Assembly (NCBI GenBank): GCA_963816295.1
Contig: CAWFJS010000020.1
Location: 3,646 to 67,645 of the forward strand
Length of the DNA: 64,000 nucleotides
From: an uncultured Alphaproteobacteria bacterium
GTDB lineage: Bacteria; Pseudomonadota; Alphaproteobacteria; Rhizobiales; Xanthobacteraceae
Reading direction: 5' to 3'
Made by a program: the position numbers and the translations under genes. Below are positions 48,401 through 58,682 of this stretch, in pieces. Position 1 is the first letter of the stretch; the number at the start of each line of letters is the position of its first letter. The notes under the pieces were generated by a model. That model was not told where the DNA came from. It saw nothing but the letters and a program-made list of their open reading frames with translations, and ran no database searches.

Positions 48401-49378
48401 ATGAAATTTCCCCGTAGAACTTTTCTGCACCTGGCAGCGGCCGCTACCGCGCTCCCGGCCATGCCTCGCGTCGCATCAGCACTTGATTATCCGTCGCGGC
48501 CGGTGCGGTGGATTGTTGGGTTTGCCCCCGGCGGAGGGAACGACATCGTCGCGCGTTTGATGGGGCAATGGCTTTCGGAGCGGCTTGGTCAGCCAGTCGT
48601 CATAGAAAATCGCCCGGGCGCAGCGACCAGTATCGCCACCGAGACGGTCGTTCGTGCGCCGCCGGACGGCTACACGATTCTCTTCGTGGCTCCTTCCAGC
48701 GCGATCAACGCGACCCTCTATGAAAAGCTCAATTTCAATTTCATCCGCGACATCGCACCGGTTGCGGGCATCATCCGCATACCCAATGTTATGGTGGTCA
48801 ATCCATCAGTTCCGGCTAAAACGGTCCCCGAGTTCATCGCTTACGCCAAGTCCAATCCAGGCAAGGTCAACATGGCGTCTCCCGGCGTCGGCACATCGGT
48901 CCATTTGTCCGGCGAGCTGTTCAAGATGATGACTGGCATCGACATCGTTCACGTTCCGTATAAAGGCTCGGCGCCTTCGCTCACGGATTTGCTCGGCGGA
49001 CAGGTGCAGGTCACGTTCGCAACAATGCCCTCGTCAATCGAGTATATCAGGACCGGGAGGCTGCGCGCGCTGGCGGTGACTACGGCAACGCGCTCGCAGG
49101 CGCTACCGGGGGTGCCGACTGTGGGCGAGTTCGTACCAGGCTACGAGGTGAGCACATGGTACGGCGTAGGCGCGCCAATGGGCACGCCTGCCGAGGTCAT
49201 CGACAAAATCAACAAGGAGATTAACGCCGGCCTTGCCGATCCTAAACTGAAGGAGCGGCTCGCCGATTTGGGCGGCATTACGATTGCGGGCTCGCCTGGT
49301 GATTTCGGAAAGCTCATCGCTGACGAAACCGAGAAGTGGGCGAAGGTGATCCGGACGGCCAACATCAAGCCAGAGTAA
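48401..49378 (+). CDS. Bug-family (TctC-like) tripartite tricarboxylate transporter substrate-binding protein, orphan
   Basis: ..YPSRPVRWIVGFAPGGGNDIVARLMGQWLSERLGQPVVIENRPGAAT..PDGYTILF..; no TctA/TctB nearby. Confidence 0.9.
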   Translation: MKFPRRTFLHLAAAATALPAMPRVASALDYPSRPVRWIVGFAPGGGNDIVARLMGQWLSERLGQPVVIENRPGAATSIATETVVRAPPDGYTILFVAPSSAINATLYEKLNFNFIRDIAPVAGIIRIPNVMVVNPSVPAKTVPEFIAYAKSNPGKVNMASPGVGTSVHLSGELFKMMTGIDIVHVPYKGSAPSLTDLLGGQVQVTFATMPSSIEYIRTGRLRALAVTTATRSQALPGVPTVGEFVPGYEVSTWYGVGAPMGTPAEVIDKINKEINAGLADPKLKERLADLGGITIAGSPGDFGKLIADETEKWAKVIRTANIKPE

Positions 49379-49426
49379 GGCCAGTCGGATATTCCATATG
49401 TCCCGTTACGCGTATTTGGCGGGGCC

Positions 49427-49546
49427 GATGTCCGCTTTGGGTCACAACCGGACATGGCGCGATCAAATTGCGATGTCCGCTTTACCCCCAATAGCGGACA
49501 TTCCTCGGCGCAATCTAAATGTCCGCTTTGGGCCAGGAGGAGACAT
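49427..49546 (+). repeat. REP/BIME-like array (A, B, C)
   Basis: A 49427-49455; B 49472-49502 GATGTCCGCTTTACCCCCAATAGCGGACATT; C 49519-49546. Confidence 0.9.
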
Positions 49547-49554
49547 TCGCTCGT

Positions 49555-50538
49555 CTATTCGATGATCTCGTCCGCCTCGGCTGAGAGATTCGGCGGCACC
49601 TCGATGCCGAGCGCCTTGGCGGTCTTGAGGTTGATGATGAACTCAAATTTGGTTGACTGCACCACCGGCAAGTCTCCGGGCTTCTCGCCCTTCAGAATCC
49701 TCCCGGTATAGACGCCAGCTTGGCGATAGCCATCGCTGAGGTTGGTGCCGTAGCTCATCAGGCCACCCGCCAGGGCGTATTCGCGCTGCTCGTAGATGGC
49801 CGGAACAGTGTGCCGCGCCGCCAGAGCGATGATTTTGTCGCGCTGACTGTTGAAAAACGGATCGGAGCCGACCAGCATTGCCCCGGCACGCAACTGCACC
49901 GCTGTTGCGAACGCGGCATCGATGGCGCTCGCGTTGCTCGCAAGCAATATATGTGTTTGCTGGCCGACGGTGGCCGCTGCTTCTTGAACTTGCCTCATCT
50001 GCTCGGCGGGATCCGGACGGTTCGGATTAAGGAGTACAGCGATCAACTGGACCCCAGGACTAGCGCGCGCAGCAAGCCAAGCCGCTTACTCTCCATCGCA
50101 GCGAGGAACAAATTCACACCAGTAATGTTGCCGCCGGGGTGGCTGAGGCTGGTGATGAGCCCGAGTCTGGATCGGGTCGACGCCGCTCGTGAAGACAATC
50201 GGAATGGTTGAAGTGGCTGCCTTGGCAGCCACGACACTTGGGGCGCCTCCAGTCGCGACCAGCACCGCCACTTTGCGGCGCACTAGATCGGCTACCATTT
50301 CAGGCAGGCGGTCGTAATGGCCGTCGGCCCAGCGGAACTCGATGGCGACGTTCTGGCCGTCGATGTAGCCAGTCTCTTTCAAACCCGTGCGAAAGCCGGC
50401 GACATAGTTCGCAAATGGCTGAGGTGATGCGCTGTTGAGGAATCCGATCACCGGCATCGCCGGCTGCTGCGCGCGCGCGGCGAGCGGCAATGCGGCTGTC
50501 GTGCTGGCAAGGCCGGCGATGAAGTTGCGTCGCCTCAT
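49555..50538 (-). pseudogene. orphan substrate-binding protein (PF04392-like) with two frameshifts
   Basis: Three ORFs in three frames: 50086-50565 (MRRRNFIAGL..IPIVFTSGVDP), 50043-50237 (LGLITSLSHPGGNITGVNLF..), 49555-50046 (..GGLMSYGTN..ILKGEKPGDLPVVQSTKFEFIINLKTAKALGIEVP). Confidence 0.75.
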
Positions 50539-50602
50539 GGGCGTTGCCCTCAGGCCGAAGATCACATCCTAGCACATCGTGAGGCGGCGAGGTCGGCCGG
50601 TT

Positions 50603-50677
50603 ATGTCCGGTTCGGGTCAAAAGCGGACGTGCCGCTCTTAAATTTCGATGTCCGCTTTACCCCCGAAAGCGGACATT
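50603..50677 (+). repeat. REP/BIME-like array (A, B)
   Basis: A 50603-50630 ATGTCCGGTTCGGGTCAAAAGCGGACGT; B 50647-50677 GATGTCCGCTTTACCCCCGAAAGCGGACATT. Confidence 0.9.
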
Positions 50678-50827
50678 CGCCCACGGCAAGCTCGCGCGCG
50701 AGTGGAAAGCGAATAAGAGGTCGCCTTGATCACCCCGAACAAGTACTGGTGACCGGAGGTGCGCGATGTATGCGGTCGATATTGGCGATCATCTTGCAAT
50801 GCAGACGGCGGATGATTCACCGGTGCG

Positions 50828-51448
50828 TTATGCGGCCGCGCTTGGTCCTTCGTCCCCGAAAGGGCGGCTGATCCGCTGAACCGTAGAGGGGTCAACCCCA
50901 AACCGAGCAGCAATCTTGCGGACGCCCTCAGTGCGCCCTGGCTTGTTCAGGGCCTCATGGATTCGTTTTTCTAGGGCGGGCGCTATTGGAGGCCGGCCCC
51001 ATCGTTTGCCCTCACTGCGGACTCGCTTAATGCCAGAGCGGACTCGTTCAGCGATGATCGAACGCTCGAATTCGGCAAATACGCCCATCATCTGAAACAT
51101 GGCCTTGCCGGCCGGCGTCGTCGTGTCGAGGCCTTGCTGGTGCAGAAACAGGTCAATCCGCAGCGCGTGCAGCTCGGACAGGAAAGCAACCAAGTCTTGA
51201 AGGCTGCGGCCGAGCCTATCGACACTCCAGGCCATCACCACGTCGAACTTGCGCTGAGCAGCGTCCCGGCAGAGCGCATCGAATGCGGGACGCTTGTCGC
51301 GGCCCTTGGCGCCCGAAATGCCGTGATCCTTGTAGACCTTGACGATCTCGCAACCCATGCGGGCGGCGATCTCGCGGAGTTCTCGTTCCTGGTTTGCCGT
51401 GGTCTGCTCGATTGTGGAAACTCGAAGGTAGAGAACAGCACGTTTCAT
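50828..51448 (-). CDS. serine recombinase (resolvase/invertase family)
   Basis: MKRAVLYLRVSTIEQTTANQ..VVMAWSVDRLGRS.. catalytic domain plus C-terminal HTH. Confidence 0.85.
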   Translation of the reverse strand: MKRAVLYLRVSTIEQTTANQERELREIAARMGCEIVKVYKDHGISGAKGRDKRPAFDALCRDAAQRKFDVVMAWSVDRLGRSLQDLVAFLSELHALRIDLFLHQQGLDTTTPAGKAMFQMMGVFAEFERSIIAERVRSGIKRVRSEGKRWGRPPIAPALEKRIHEALNKPGRTEGVRKIAARFGVDPSTVQRISRPFGDEGPSAAA

Positions 51449-51668
51449 TGGAAAAACACTCCCAGTTCCGATGCTGGAAGCATGGCATATACGTTGGTAA
51501 AAACAAGTCTTATATCGTACGCTTATGACGGGTGCGGAAACGCCTGATTTTGCTGCGCTCTGAATTGCAAATTTCCACCGGGTTTTTCCGTACAGTCTTT
51601 TCTGAGGCTGCGTGGGCTCGGCCATGTCCGCAGCCCGCAGAAGCAGACGTTACCGACCGCGTTCGTCG

Positions 51669-51965
51669 TCAAAATGCTGTCACCAATCGGCGCAGCAACC
51701 GAAGAGCCTCCGCTGCCTTCCTGCGGTCTGCGATCGCTTCCGCAGAATAACCGCCGTGCTTCCAGTTAGCTTTCCGGCTGCGCTCTAGTCCCTCAGGAGT
51801 GCGAGGGCCGGTGCTCTTTCCGCCATGCATTCGACAACGCCCGTTGGGCATTGCAGGCGCCTTGCAGGACCTGCCAGTTCGCTTGGAATGCGCTCCGCAT
51901 CGAGGCGCCGATCGCGCTAATTCCAGACGTGCCGACAAACTGAGTGCATGTGGTTCATTTGTCAT
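51669..51965 (-). CDS. HGGxSTG-motif protein
   Basis: ..RCGAHSKRTGRSCKAPAMPNGRCRMHGGKSTGPRTPEG.. Confidence 0.6.
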   Translation of the reverse strand: MTNEPHALSLSARLELARSAPRCGAHSKRTGRSCKAPAMPNGRCRMHGGKSTGPRTPEGLERSRKANWKHGGYSAEAIADRRKAAEALRLLRRLVTAF

Positions 51966-51993
51966 TCCGCGATCTCCCCTACCGGGTTCCGTC

Positions 51994-52662
51994 TCACCCC
52001 CCACCACCCTTGCTCCCGATCTTCGCCGCAACAACCGCCTGACCGCCGTCGCCAACATGCACATGCTGGACCGTAACAACCTGACGGCCGCCGGAACGAG
52101 CACGTTGCAAGGCAACGAAGCCAGCCTGATAGGCAACCGCTAGGCGGGCCACCGTGCCACCGAGGCGACAGACTTCCACGTTTCTCTGTTGAAACCCCTC
52201 GGACCGAACTATTGAGAGGTCCTCCATGCGTGTGGAGAGCCTCATTATCTGTCGATGTAGAACCGCCATCTGATGCACCAGCATCTTTTCCAAGCTGTTC
52301 TTGGAGCCGATTGTATCGGAGGCATCCAGCGCCATCTCTAAGACACCGGCCCCACTTGCGAGCGCTAACCGATCCCGGCTCGCATCAACCGTGACGTAGT
52401 CGGGGTTTTTCACGGTATCCCGAAGGTCCGGTTCTCCTGGGACAAGTTCGCCACCAGTTCCGATTTCGGCTGGGGCCGGGTAGCGTCCAGCACGGTCAAC
52501 ATCCCGTTGCGCTAGATCACTAAGAGCGTCGCCTCCCTGCTTGGCAAGCTTGGAGCGGGTGCGAGCATTGAACAGGATATTTTCGCCGGCTCGCTCTCTC
52601 TTGTGCTCCCGCACAAGCGGCATCGTGTTCGCACTGCTCTTCGCGTTCATACCGGCCTCCAA
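51994..52662 (-). CDS. hypothetical protein
   Basis: 222-aa ORF immediately upstream of the HGGxSTG gene on the same strand. Confidence 0.5.
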   Translation of the reverse strand: MEAGMNAKSSANTMPLVREHKRERAGENILFNARTRSKLAKQGGDALSDLAQRDVDRAGRYPAPAEIGTGGELVPGEPDLRDTVKNPDYVTVDASRDRLALASGAGVLEMALDASDTIGSKNSLEKMLVHQMAVLHRQIMRLSTRMEDLSIVRSEGFQQRNVEVCRLGGTVARLAVAYQAGFVALQRARSGGRQVVTVQHVHVGDGGQAVVAAKIGSKGGGG

Positions 52663-52845
52663 TGCCGGAGCGGCGTCATGCCGAGAAGATCAACAAGCCT
52701 TTTGTGTCCAGCGAAGGACGCCAACAGTTGGAAAAACGAACGCAACCCATTGGACACAAACGCCTACATTTGGCACCAGTTGGGAGAAAAGCCGCGTGAA
52801 ATCAAAGCAGCGCTAGGAACTCATGCACCGCAGCAAACTGCACAG

Positions 52846-53829
52846 CTACTCGATGACCTCGTTGGCGAGCGCAATAAAATTCTGCGGCAACTCGATGCCA
52901 GTGGCCTTAGCCGTCTTTAGGTTGATGACGAGTGGATAGCGCGTCGGTTCTTCGAATGGCAGATCGGCCGGTCGTGCGCCATCCAAGATCCGCGCCGCCA
53001 AGCCAGCAGCACGCTCAAAGGATTCCTGTAGATCCGGTCCATAAGACATCAAACCGCCGTCGCGCACCAGGAAATCGTACTCATAAAGCGCTGGAATATG
53101 GTTTTCGGCCGCGTACTCAAACACGCGTTTGCGATTGAGAGTAGTGAGCGCGTCGGCAACCATCAGTATAGCGTCCGGTCGGTCGCGGTTCATGGCTTCG
53201 AATACCCCTTCGAAGTCGTTGGGTTCGCGCAGACCAAGCGCTTGCACCGTTGCCCCCACTGAACGCGCACTGGCGGCAGATGCCTCATAACGCAGCGACA
53301 TAGCCAGATCGTCTCTGTTCCACAGCATCGCAACGCGTTGCAGATTAGGAACTGCTTGTTTGATCAAGGCGAGACGCTTGGTGGAAAGCGTCGTCGCGTT
53401 GTCCGAGATGCCGGTGATGCTGCCACCCGGCCGGGACAATCCGTCTACGAGCTGCGTAGCGACCGGATCGCCGACTCCAAATGCAACGACCGTTGGAACT
53501 TTCTCCACCTTGCAGGCCAACGCCGCCGGGTAGCTCGCGGCCACGATTACGTCTACCTTGTCCGCCTTCATCCCGCGGACAAGCTCGGGTAGCTTGCGCA
53601 CGTCGCCCGCGGCGGCCCGTGCGTCTAATGACAAATTCTTACCGAGCGAATAGCCGTGCCGCTCCAATCCTTTCAGCAGAATCGAACCGAACGGTGTTTT
53701 TTCATCGAACGGCATCGTCGGCGTGAGCGTGCCAAGACGAAAGACTTTCGCACCCGGCTGAGCGATTGCTGAACCTGGACCGGCAATCGCCGCGCCGGTG
53801 AGAAGGGTAATGAACTGGCGCCGTCTCAC
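52846..53829 (-). CDS. orphan ABC-type periplasmic substrate-binding protein (PF04392-like)
   Basis: GTG 53829 (VRRRQFITLL) preceded by GGAAGGGAG; ..RPGGSITGI..GGLMSYGPD..ILDGARPADLPFEEPTRYPLVINLKTAKATGIELP. Confidence 0.85.
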   Translation of the reverse strand: MRRRQFITLLTGAAIAGPGSAIAQPGAKVFRLGTLTPTMPFDEKTPFGSILLKGLERHGYSLGKNLSLDARAAAGDVRKLPELVRGMKADKVDVIVAASYPAALACKVEKVPTVVAFGVGDPVATQLVDGLSRPGGSITGISDNATTLSTKRLALIKQAVPNLQRVAMLWNRDDLAMSLRYEASAASARSVGATVQALGLREPNDFEGVFEAMNRDRPDAILMVADALTTLNRKRVFEYAAENHIPALYEYDFLVRDGGLMSYGPDLQESFERAAGLAARILDGARPADLPFEEPTRYPLVINLKTAKATGIELPQNFIALANEVIE

Positions 53830-54124
53830 TGCTCCCTTCCTCTGCCAAAGAGACATTTATGACATTACTACATTCTTGCGAGCAAATTTGGCGGACATTG
53901 CGTCCATTGCCTTTCCTTGTCCGAGAAGCCCACTTTAGCACATCATCGGACGACCGAAGTACAGTGCAGCAGAGTGGGTGACCGTCTTGTCTGCTAATGG
54001 GATGGTCCCGCCGCGCTCCTGTCCCGCCAGCGATTGAAGCTGCCAGCGGCACCAACGACAAGGAGCACGCCATGTCTGAGAGGGGCGAGTGAACGTTCGC
54101 AATGCGGTAATTGATGGTCGCGAA

Positions 54125-54243
54125 ATGACGCTTTGGGTCAAAAGCAGACATGAGGCCCTGAAATTGTGATGTCCGCTTTACCCCCAAAAGCGGACATTGG
54201 CGGAGACGGCCGTGATGTCCGCTAAGTGCCAAAAGCAGACATG
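54125..54243 (+). repeat. REP/BIME-like array (A, B, C)
   Basis: A 54125-54152; B 54168-54198 GATGTCCGCTTTACCCCCAAAAGCGGACATT; C 54214-54243 GATGTCCGCTAAGTGCCAAAAGCAGACATG. Confidence 0.9.
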
Positions 54244-54272
54244 GGCTGATGACACCAAACCGTGCGAGCGCG

Positions 54273-55145
54273 TTACACCAGCCACCCTGTCGCAACACCG
54301 ACGAGTATAACGATCCCGAGCATGAAGCGATAAATCACGAACGGCCAAGTCGAAAATTGCTGTAGGATTCGCATCAACCCCCAGATGGCAAAAAACGCGG
54401 AAATCGAGGCCACAATCAATCCAAGCAAGAGCACGGACCACCCGTGACCATCGAGGTGAACTTTGTGAAGCTCCCACATCTCTTTAAAGCCCGCCAAGGC
54501 GATAGCAGGCAGTCCAAGAAGAAAAGACAATCGTGCCGCCTCGTCCCTCTTAAAGCCGAGGGCGAGCGCCGCAGTCAGGGTGGAGCCTGAACGGGATACG
54601 CCGGGAATGAGCGCGCCAATCTGTGCGATACCTATAAGCATCGCATCGACAAAAGAAGCATCTTCAATCGTGCGTCGGTGACGGGCACGAATTTCTGCGA
54701 AACCCAGAAGAAGTGCCATCACCAAACAAGCCCAACCGATGACGCTGACGTCACGAAGCGGCGAATTGCAGGTATTTAACAGCTTCGCCAGCAAGAGACC
54801 GGCGATGCCGATGGGGATAGTCGCAAGGATAATCCATAGAGCGAACCGAAGGTCGCGATCGTGAAATTGGCCGCGGGCGATCGCCTTGAGAGAGTTCGCC
54901 GCCAAACCTTGCACGTCGCTCCAAAAATAGCTCACAACAGCGGCCAATGCGGCAAGCTGCATCGCGGCGGAAAATGCCGAACCGGGGTCCTGCCAGCCGA
55001 GCACCGCTGGCACCAGCCGCATATGCGCAGTGGACGAAATTGGCAGTAATTCGGTGATACCTTGCACGACGCCTAAAAAAGCTACCTTGGCATAGCCGAG
55101 CGCCACGAACCCCGTATCCACGCCTCGCGTACAAACTTCGACCAT
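54273..55145 (-). CDS. uppP: undecaprenyl-diphosphate phosphatase
   Basis: ..GVVQGITELLPISSTAHMRLVP.. and ..IPGVSRSGSTLTAAL.. BacA/UppP motifs; polytopic. Confidence 0.85.
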   Translation of the reverse strand: MVEVCTRGVDTGFVALGYAKVAFLGVVQGITELLPISSTAHMRLVPAVLGWQDPGSAFSAAMQLAALAAVVSYFWSDVQGLAANSLKAIARGQFHDRDLRFALWIILATIPIGIAGLLLAKLLNTCNSPLRDVSVIGWACLVMALLLGFAEIRARHRRTIEDASFVDAMLIGIAQIGALIPGVSRSGSTLTAALALGFKRDEAARLSFLLGLPAIALAGFKEMWELHKVHLDGHGWSVLLLGLIVASISAFFAIWGLMRILQQFSTWPFVIYRFMLGIVILVGVATGWLV

Positions 55146-55160
55146 CGATGTTCAGTGAGT

Positions 55161-55819
55161 TTAGCAGTCCGCGCAGCACTCGCCGCGCCATGCTTCACGT
55201 CCCTCTTTGACGAGCAACCAAACGATTGCAAGAGAGCCAACGCCGTCAATCCACCACGCACCCACTAGCCATTGGGCGGCGAGACTGACCACAACCACGA
55301 ACGACAACCATCCACACGTCACGGCTTCTATCGCGTCGGCACGGAGTGCGCGGCTTCCAATATTTTCAGCGATGGCGATCTTGCGTTGCGCTAGATAGCG
55401 CATGGCAGGAATAGCGACCAGGGCGACGATGAAACCCGGCCATGAGAACTCTTCGCCAGTTCCGTTCCATAGTTGCCAAACGGCCGCCGCCGTAACGTAG
55501 GCCGCCAAGGCAAACAGCAAGCCGCCGCTGATGCGGCTGGCGAAGCGTTCGGCGCGCTCGGAAAATTTCTGCCCGTAGCGAAGCTCGACGGATAGACGCC
55601 ACATGAGAACCCCCGCCGATGCCAATTCAATCACGCTATCGAGGCCGAAGGCGACAAGCACAAGACTGCCCGCCGTCACACCAGCGGCATGGCAACGACA
55701 GCCTCAACGGTCATCCATCCGATGGTCAGCCATTCGAGCCGAAAGGCGTCACGAATGAGTTGTAGCCGGTCGGATCGCGGCGGAAAACTAATCGGAGGCG
55801 GGGTGCAACATTCTGCCAT
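55161..55819 (-). pseudogene. cation transporter (CDF-type transmembrane domain only), one-base frameshift near the N-terminus (or indel error)
   Basis: ORF 55161-55679 ..FGLDSVIELASAGVLMWRL..REGREAW; another frame upstream reads MAECCTPPPISFPPRSDRLQLIRDAFRLEWLTIGWMTVEAVVA from ATG 55819; total 659 nt, one short of a multiple of three. Confidence 0.65.
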
Positions 55820-55846
55820 TCGGAAGATATATGGCATTCCGGCCCT

Positions 55847-55966
55847 GATGTCTGCTGTGGGTCAATAACTGCCGCGCGACTTGGCCCGTGTCGCGTCCGC
55901 TTTACCCCCGAAAGCTGCCGCGACATTTGTTCGCCGTCGCGGCAGTTAAGGGCCAAAAGCAGACAA
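55847..55966 (+). repeat. REP/BIME-like array with re-wired arms
   Basis: Loops of A, B and C recognisable, but right arms of A and B and left arm of C are CTGCCGCG(CG)AC / GTCGCGGCAG; see findings. Confidence 0.8.
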
Positions 55967-56309
55967 AGTGCATTCGTCATTCAATCACGTTATCTGCTCT
56001 GACAAGCACTGTTTCGCCTCACGTCCTTGTCGTGTTTATTTGTTAACAGCCAACCACCCAGCGAAACGCCAGTGCGAACGGCAGCAACGCCACCATCACA
56101 GCGAGCGCGACCCGCCGGTCAGGTATCAGCCCTTCATTCTCCAGTTCTTGTTGCAAGCTCGGCCTCGATTATTTGGACGCACGCGTACCATTCGCGCGCC
56201 AATTCCTCTGCAGATTGGTCATTGGGGCAATGTTTGGATATGATCCTTGCGGGCCTACGCACGGTGCATGACAATTGCAAATTGCTCGAAGAGCAGGGAG
56301 GAAATATCC

Positions 56310-56771
56310 ATGTTTCGTAAACTCGTGGTTGGCGCGCTAGGCGCCATGGCTGTCTTGTTCTCGACTACGGCATTCGCGCAAGGTACTGCGGCGGACGCTA
56401 AGGCCATGCTTGAAAAGACGGTTGCGGCCATCAAAGCCGATAAGGCCAAGACGCTCGACCAGATCAACAAGGACGAAAACGGCTTCCTTGTTGGCGACAT
56501 CTATCCGTTCTGCTTCAATCTCAGCGACGGACTCCTCGTCGCGAACGCCAATCTCAACGTAAAGCAGTTGCTCGGCAAGGATGTGAGGACATTTAAGGAC
56601 CCTACGGGCGACCTGTATGGTCCAAGGCTCTATGACGAGGCAAAAGAGGGCCAGATCAATGAGGTCAGCTACATGTCCCCCAAGCCCGGCGCTGACAAGA
56701 CGTGGGTGCCGAAGGCGAGCTTAGTTACTGCGGTCGCCGGCCTCGGATGCGGCGTCGGTTACTACAAGTAG
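56310..56771 (+). CDS. periplasmic single Cache-like domain protein
   Basis: AGGGAGG before the ATG; signal peptide; ..AKAMLEKTVAAIKADKAKTLDQINKDENGFLVGDIYPFCFNLSDG..GCGVGYYK. Confidence 0.7.
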   Translation: MFRKLVVGALGAMAVLFSTTAFAQGTAADAKAMLEKTVAAIKADKAKTLDQINKDENGFLVGDIYPFCFNLSDGLLVANANLNVKQLLGKDVRTFKDPTGDLYGPRLYDEAKEGQINEVSYMSPKPGADKTWVPKASLVTAVAGLGCGVGYYK

Positions 56772-56893
56772 TCCGACCAAACCAACCGTCATATGGGCGG
56801 CCGAACTGCCGAACTCCGACGCCCACACAATGCCGGCGGCGATCAGGCCGTATTCAATGCGACACCGGGAAGCTTTTGGACGAACGTGAAAGT

Positions 56894-56916
56894 AGGCCGC
56901 CTTCAGGCGGCGGCCT
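56894..56916. terminator. GC-rich hairpin between convergent genes
   Basis: AGGCCGCC-TTCAGGC-GGCGGCCT followed by TACTCATTTT; 4 nt from the stop of the minus-strand gene. Confidence 0.5.
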
Positions 56917-56919
56917 TAC

Positions 56920-57309
56920 TCATTTTGAAGTGAAGACCGTGCCGGAATCGCGGCCGCCGTCCGAGCCATTCAGCATTGTGCTGTTGAAACGGACGAGCGC
57001 AGCGGTTGCAATGGCCTCCTTTATTTGAGCATCGGTCGCACCAGCGGCTTTTGCCGCTTTAGTGGTAGCGTAAACGCAATATGCACAAGGAATTTGTGCT
57101 GCCACAGCGAGGGCAATGAGTTGCTTGGTTTTCCCGTCCAAAGCTCCCGCGGGATTCAGCACGGCCTGATACTCGTCCCATAGCGGCTTCAGTGCCTGTT
57201 CAGGAAGTGTCTGTTTCATCCATGCAGGGGGCTCCTGAGCGCTGACGCTTGGTTCCGTTGCCAAGGCCAACAACAGCGCTAGACCGGCACTCGCTAGTAG
57301 AGTTCTCAT
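56920..57309 (-). CDS. carboxymuconolactone decarboxylase (AhpD-like) family protein, secreted
   Basis: MRTLLASAGLALLLALA signal peptide; ..LIALAVAAQIPCAYCVYATT.. CxxC motif. Confidence 0.8.
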   Translation of the reverse strand: MRTLLASAGLALLLALATEPSVSAQEPPAWMKQTLPEQALKPLWDEYQAVLNPAGALDGKTKQLIALAVAAQIPCAYCVYATTKAAKAAGATDAQIKEAIATAALVRFNSTMLNGSDGGRDSGTVFTSK

Positions 57310-57342
57310 GACTGATCTCCCTAAGTCGATTTTCAAAGTATG

Positions 57343-57536
57343 ATTACAGCAGGGATTTGCGACCAACAAAACGGGGAATTAGGGGTTGGTTTGCACAGCA
57401 GCAATCGCGACCCGGTCATGTCCGCTTCGGGTCAGGAGCGGACATCGTGAGGGCCAGCGCCAACTTCCGCTTTTCCCCGCAAAGCGGACATTCGGTCGCT
57501 AATCCGCGATGTCCGTTTCGTGCCATTAACATCCGA
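57343..57536 (+). repeat. composite ~70-nt conserved segment plus REP array (A, B, C)
   Basis: 57343-57417 ATTACAGCAGGGATTTGCGAC..GGGGTTGGTTTGCACAGCA..; A 57418-57445; B 57463-57492; C 57508-57536. Confidence 0.85.
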
Positions 57537-57939
57537 TTTGCGTCTCGACGCACCGCAGCAAAGTTTGCTTCGCTATTCGATGAGGCCGGCGGCGGCGTAC
57601 GCGATATAGTGAGCTAGATTATGGTCGCTGCTGAACGAGCCGGCTCTAACCTTCAATGCGTACCACTTAGGCCCATGTCGCCGGAACGAACATGGATCAG
57701 GGCGGCCGGCCACGGATTTAACGCTATCCGTTTTTTGTTGGTGCCTTAGCGACCCTCATTTGCGCGGGCTTGCAACGATTTTCTCGCGGAATTGGGTGCC
57801 GATCACCCAGGGCGCGACCGGCCGACGATGGCCTGGCATAGGGTCGGCGTCGGCTTGGCAAAGGCTCGGCGAGGATATGCAGTTTAATCGCCGTTTCTCG
57901 ACCTTGAAACTGTTCCCAAAAACATGCCTTCAAGTGCTT

Positions 57940-58008
57940 CCACTCAAACGTATGCTGGATATTGCGGTGGCCGAGATAGGCTTGCAGCGAAGGCCGAGCC
58001 GTATGCAA
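57940..58008 (-). pseudogene. 3' remnant of a tyrosine recombinase gene
   Basis: ..ARPSLQAYLGHRNIQHT.. is the C-terminal box II region around the catalytic Tyr; nothing upstream. Confidence 0.4.
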
Positions 58009-58014
58009 TTTGCT

Positions 58015-58680
58015 TTAGGCGAGCCAGTTTGTAATGGCGTTAGATGATCGCGGATTCAAATCTATTGTGATCGCTGAAATGCGAGGTCGGCGGCCCTCAC
58101 GATGTGCCAACAACGCAGCGAGCAGCACGCTATTGGCCAAGTCGTCATGTCCTCCTGGTGCATGGTCTATGCTGTCCCTACCGCCGCGCGACACTTTTCG
58201 CTCCAGGCCGCAAATTTGATTGATCACGCGGGGGATATCAGGCAATTCAATTTTGCCGCTATTCAAAAGCGCGAGAGAATCGACATAGACCTCGGATTTT
58301 GGCGCGGGCGAGAGCAAATAGTGTAGGCCAAGCTCCATCAGTGGCTCTCTGACAAACATCGAACCCCAGTGGTCCCCGGTGATCCTGAAAATTTTATAGC
58401 TCTTACACACCGCTGCCAGTTCGCAGCAGACCTGATCCGGCGAAAATTCTGGTCGCCATTCGCGCACCGCGTCGATCACGATGCGTTCGCTGCGTAAATC
58501 TTTGTGCGATATGGTCAAGGTCATACTGTCCCCGCCGATATTGCCGCCTGCGGGATCAACCGCCGCTATGTAATGGATGCCGGAAACGGGCGGCAGTTCC
58601 AGCCGACCAGGAATGACTGAACGCTCGACCGTTTCTCGCGAAATAAAAGCTTCGATGTCTAATGTGGAGTTGAGGCCGCA
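58015..58680 (-). pseudogene. C-terminal half of a phage terminase large subunit gene (no start)
   Basis: ..IHYIAAVDPAGGNIGGDSMTLTISH....SIDHAPGGHDDLANSVLLAAL; the frame is open upstream to 58680 without a start codon. Confidence 0.5.
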
Positions 58681-58682
58681 TT

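Noticed and set aside
57940-58680. Intact prophage
   Set aside because: Only a start-less terminase half and about 20 codons of a recombinase are present. There are no capsid, tail or lysis genes.
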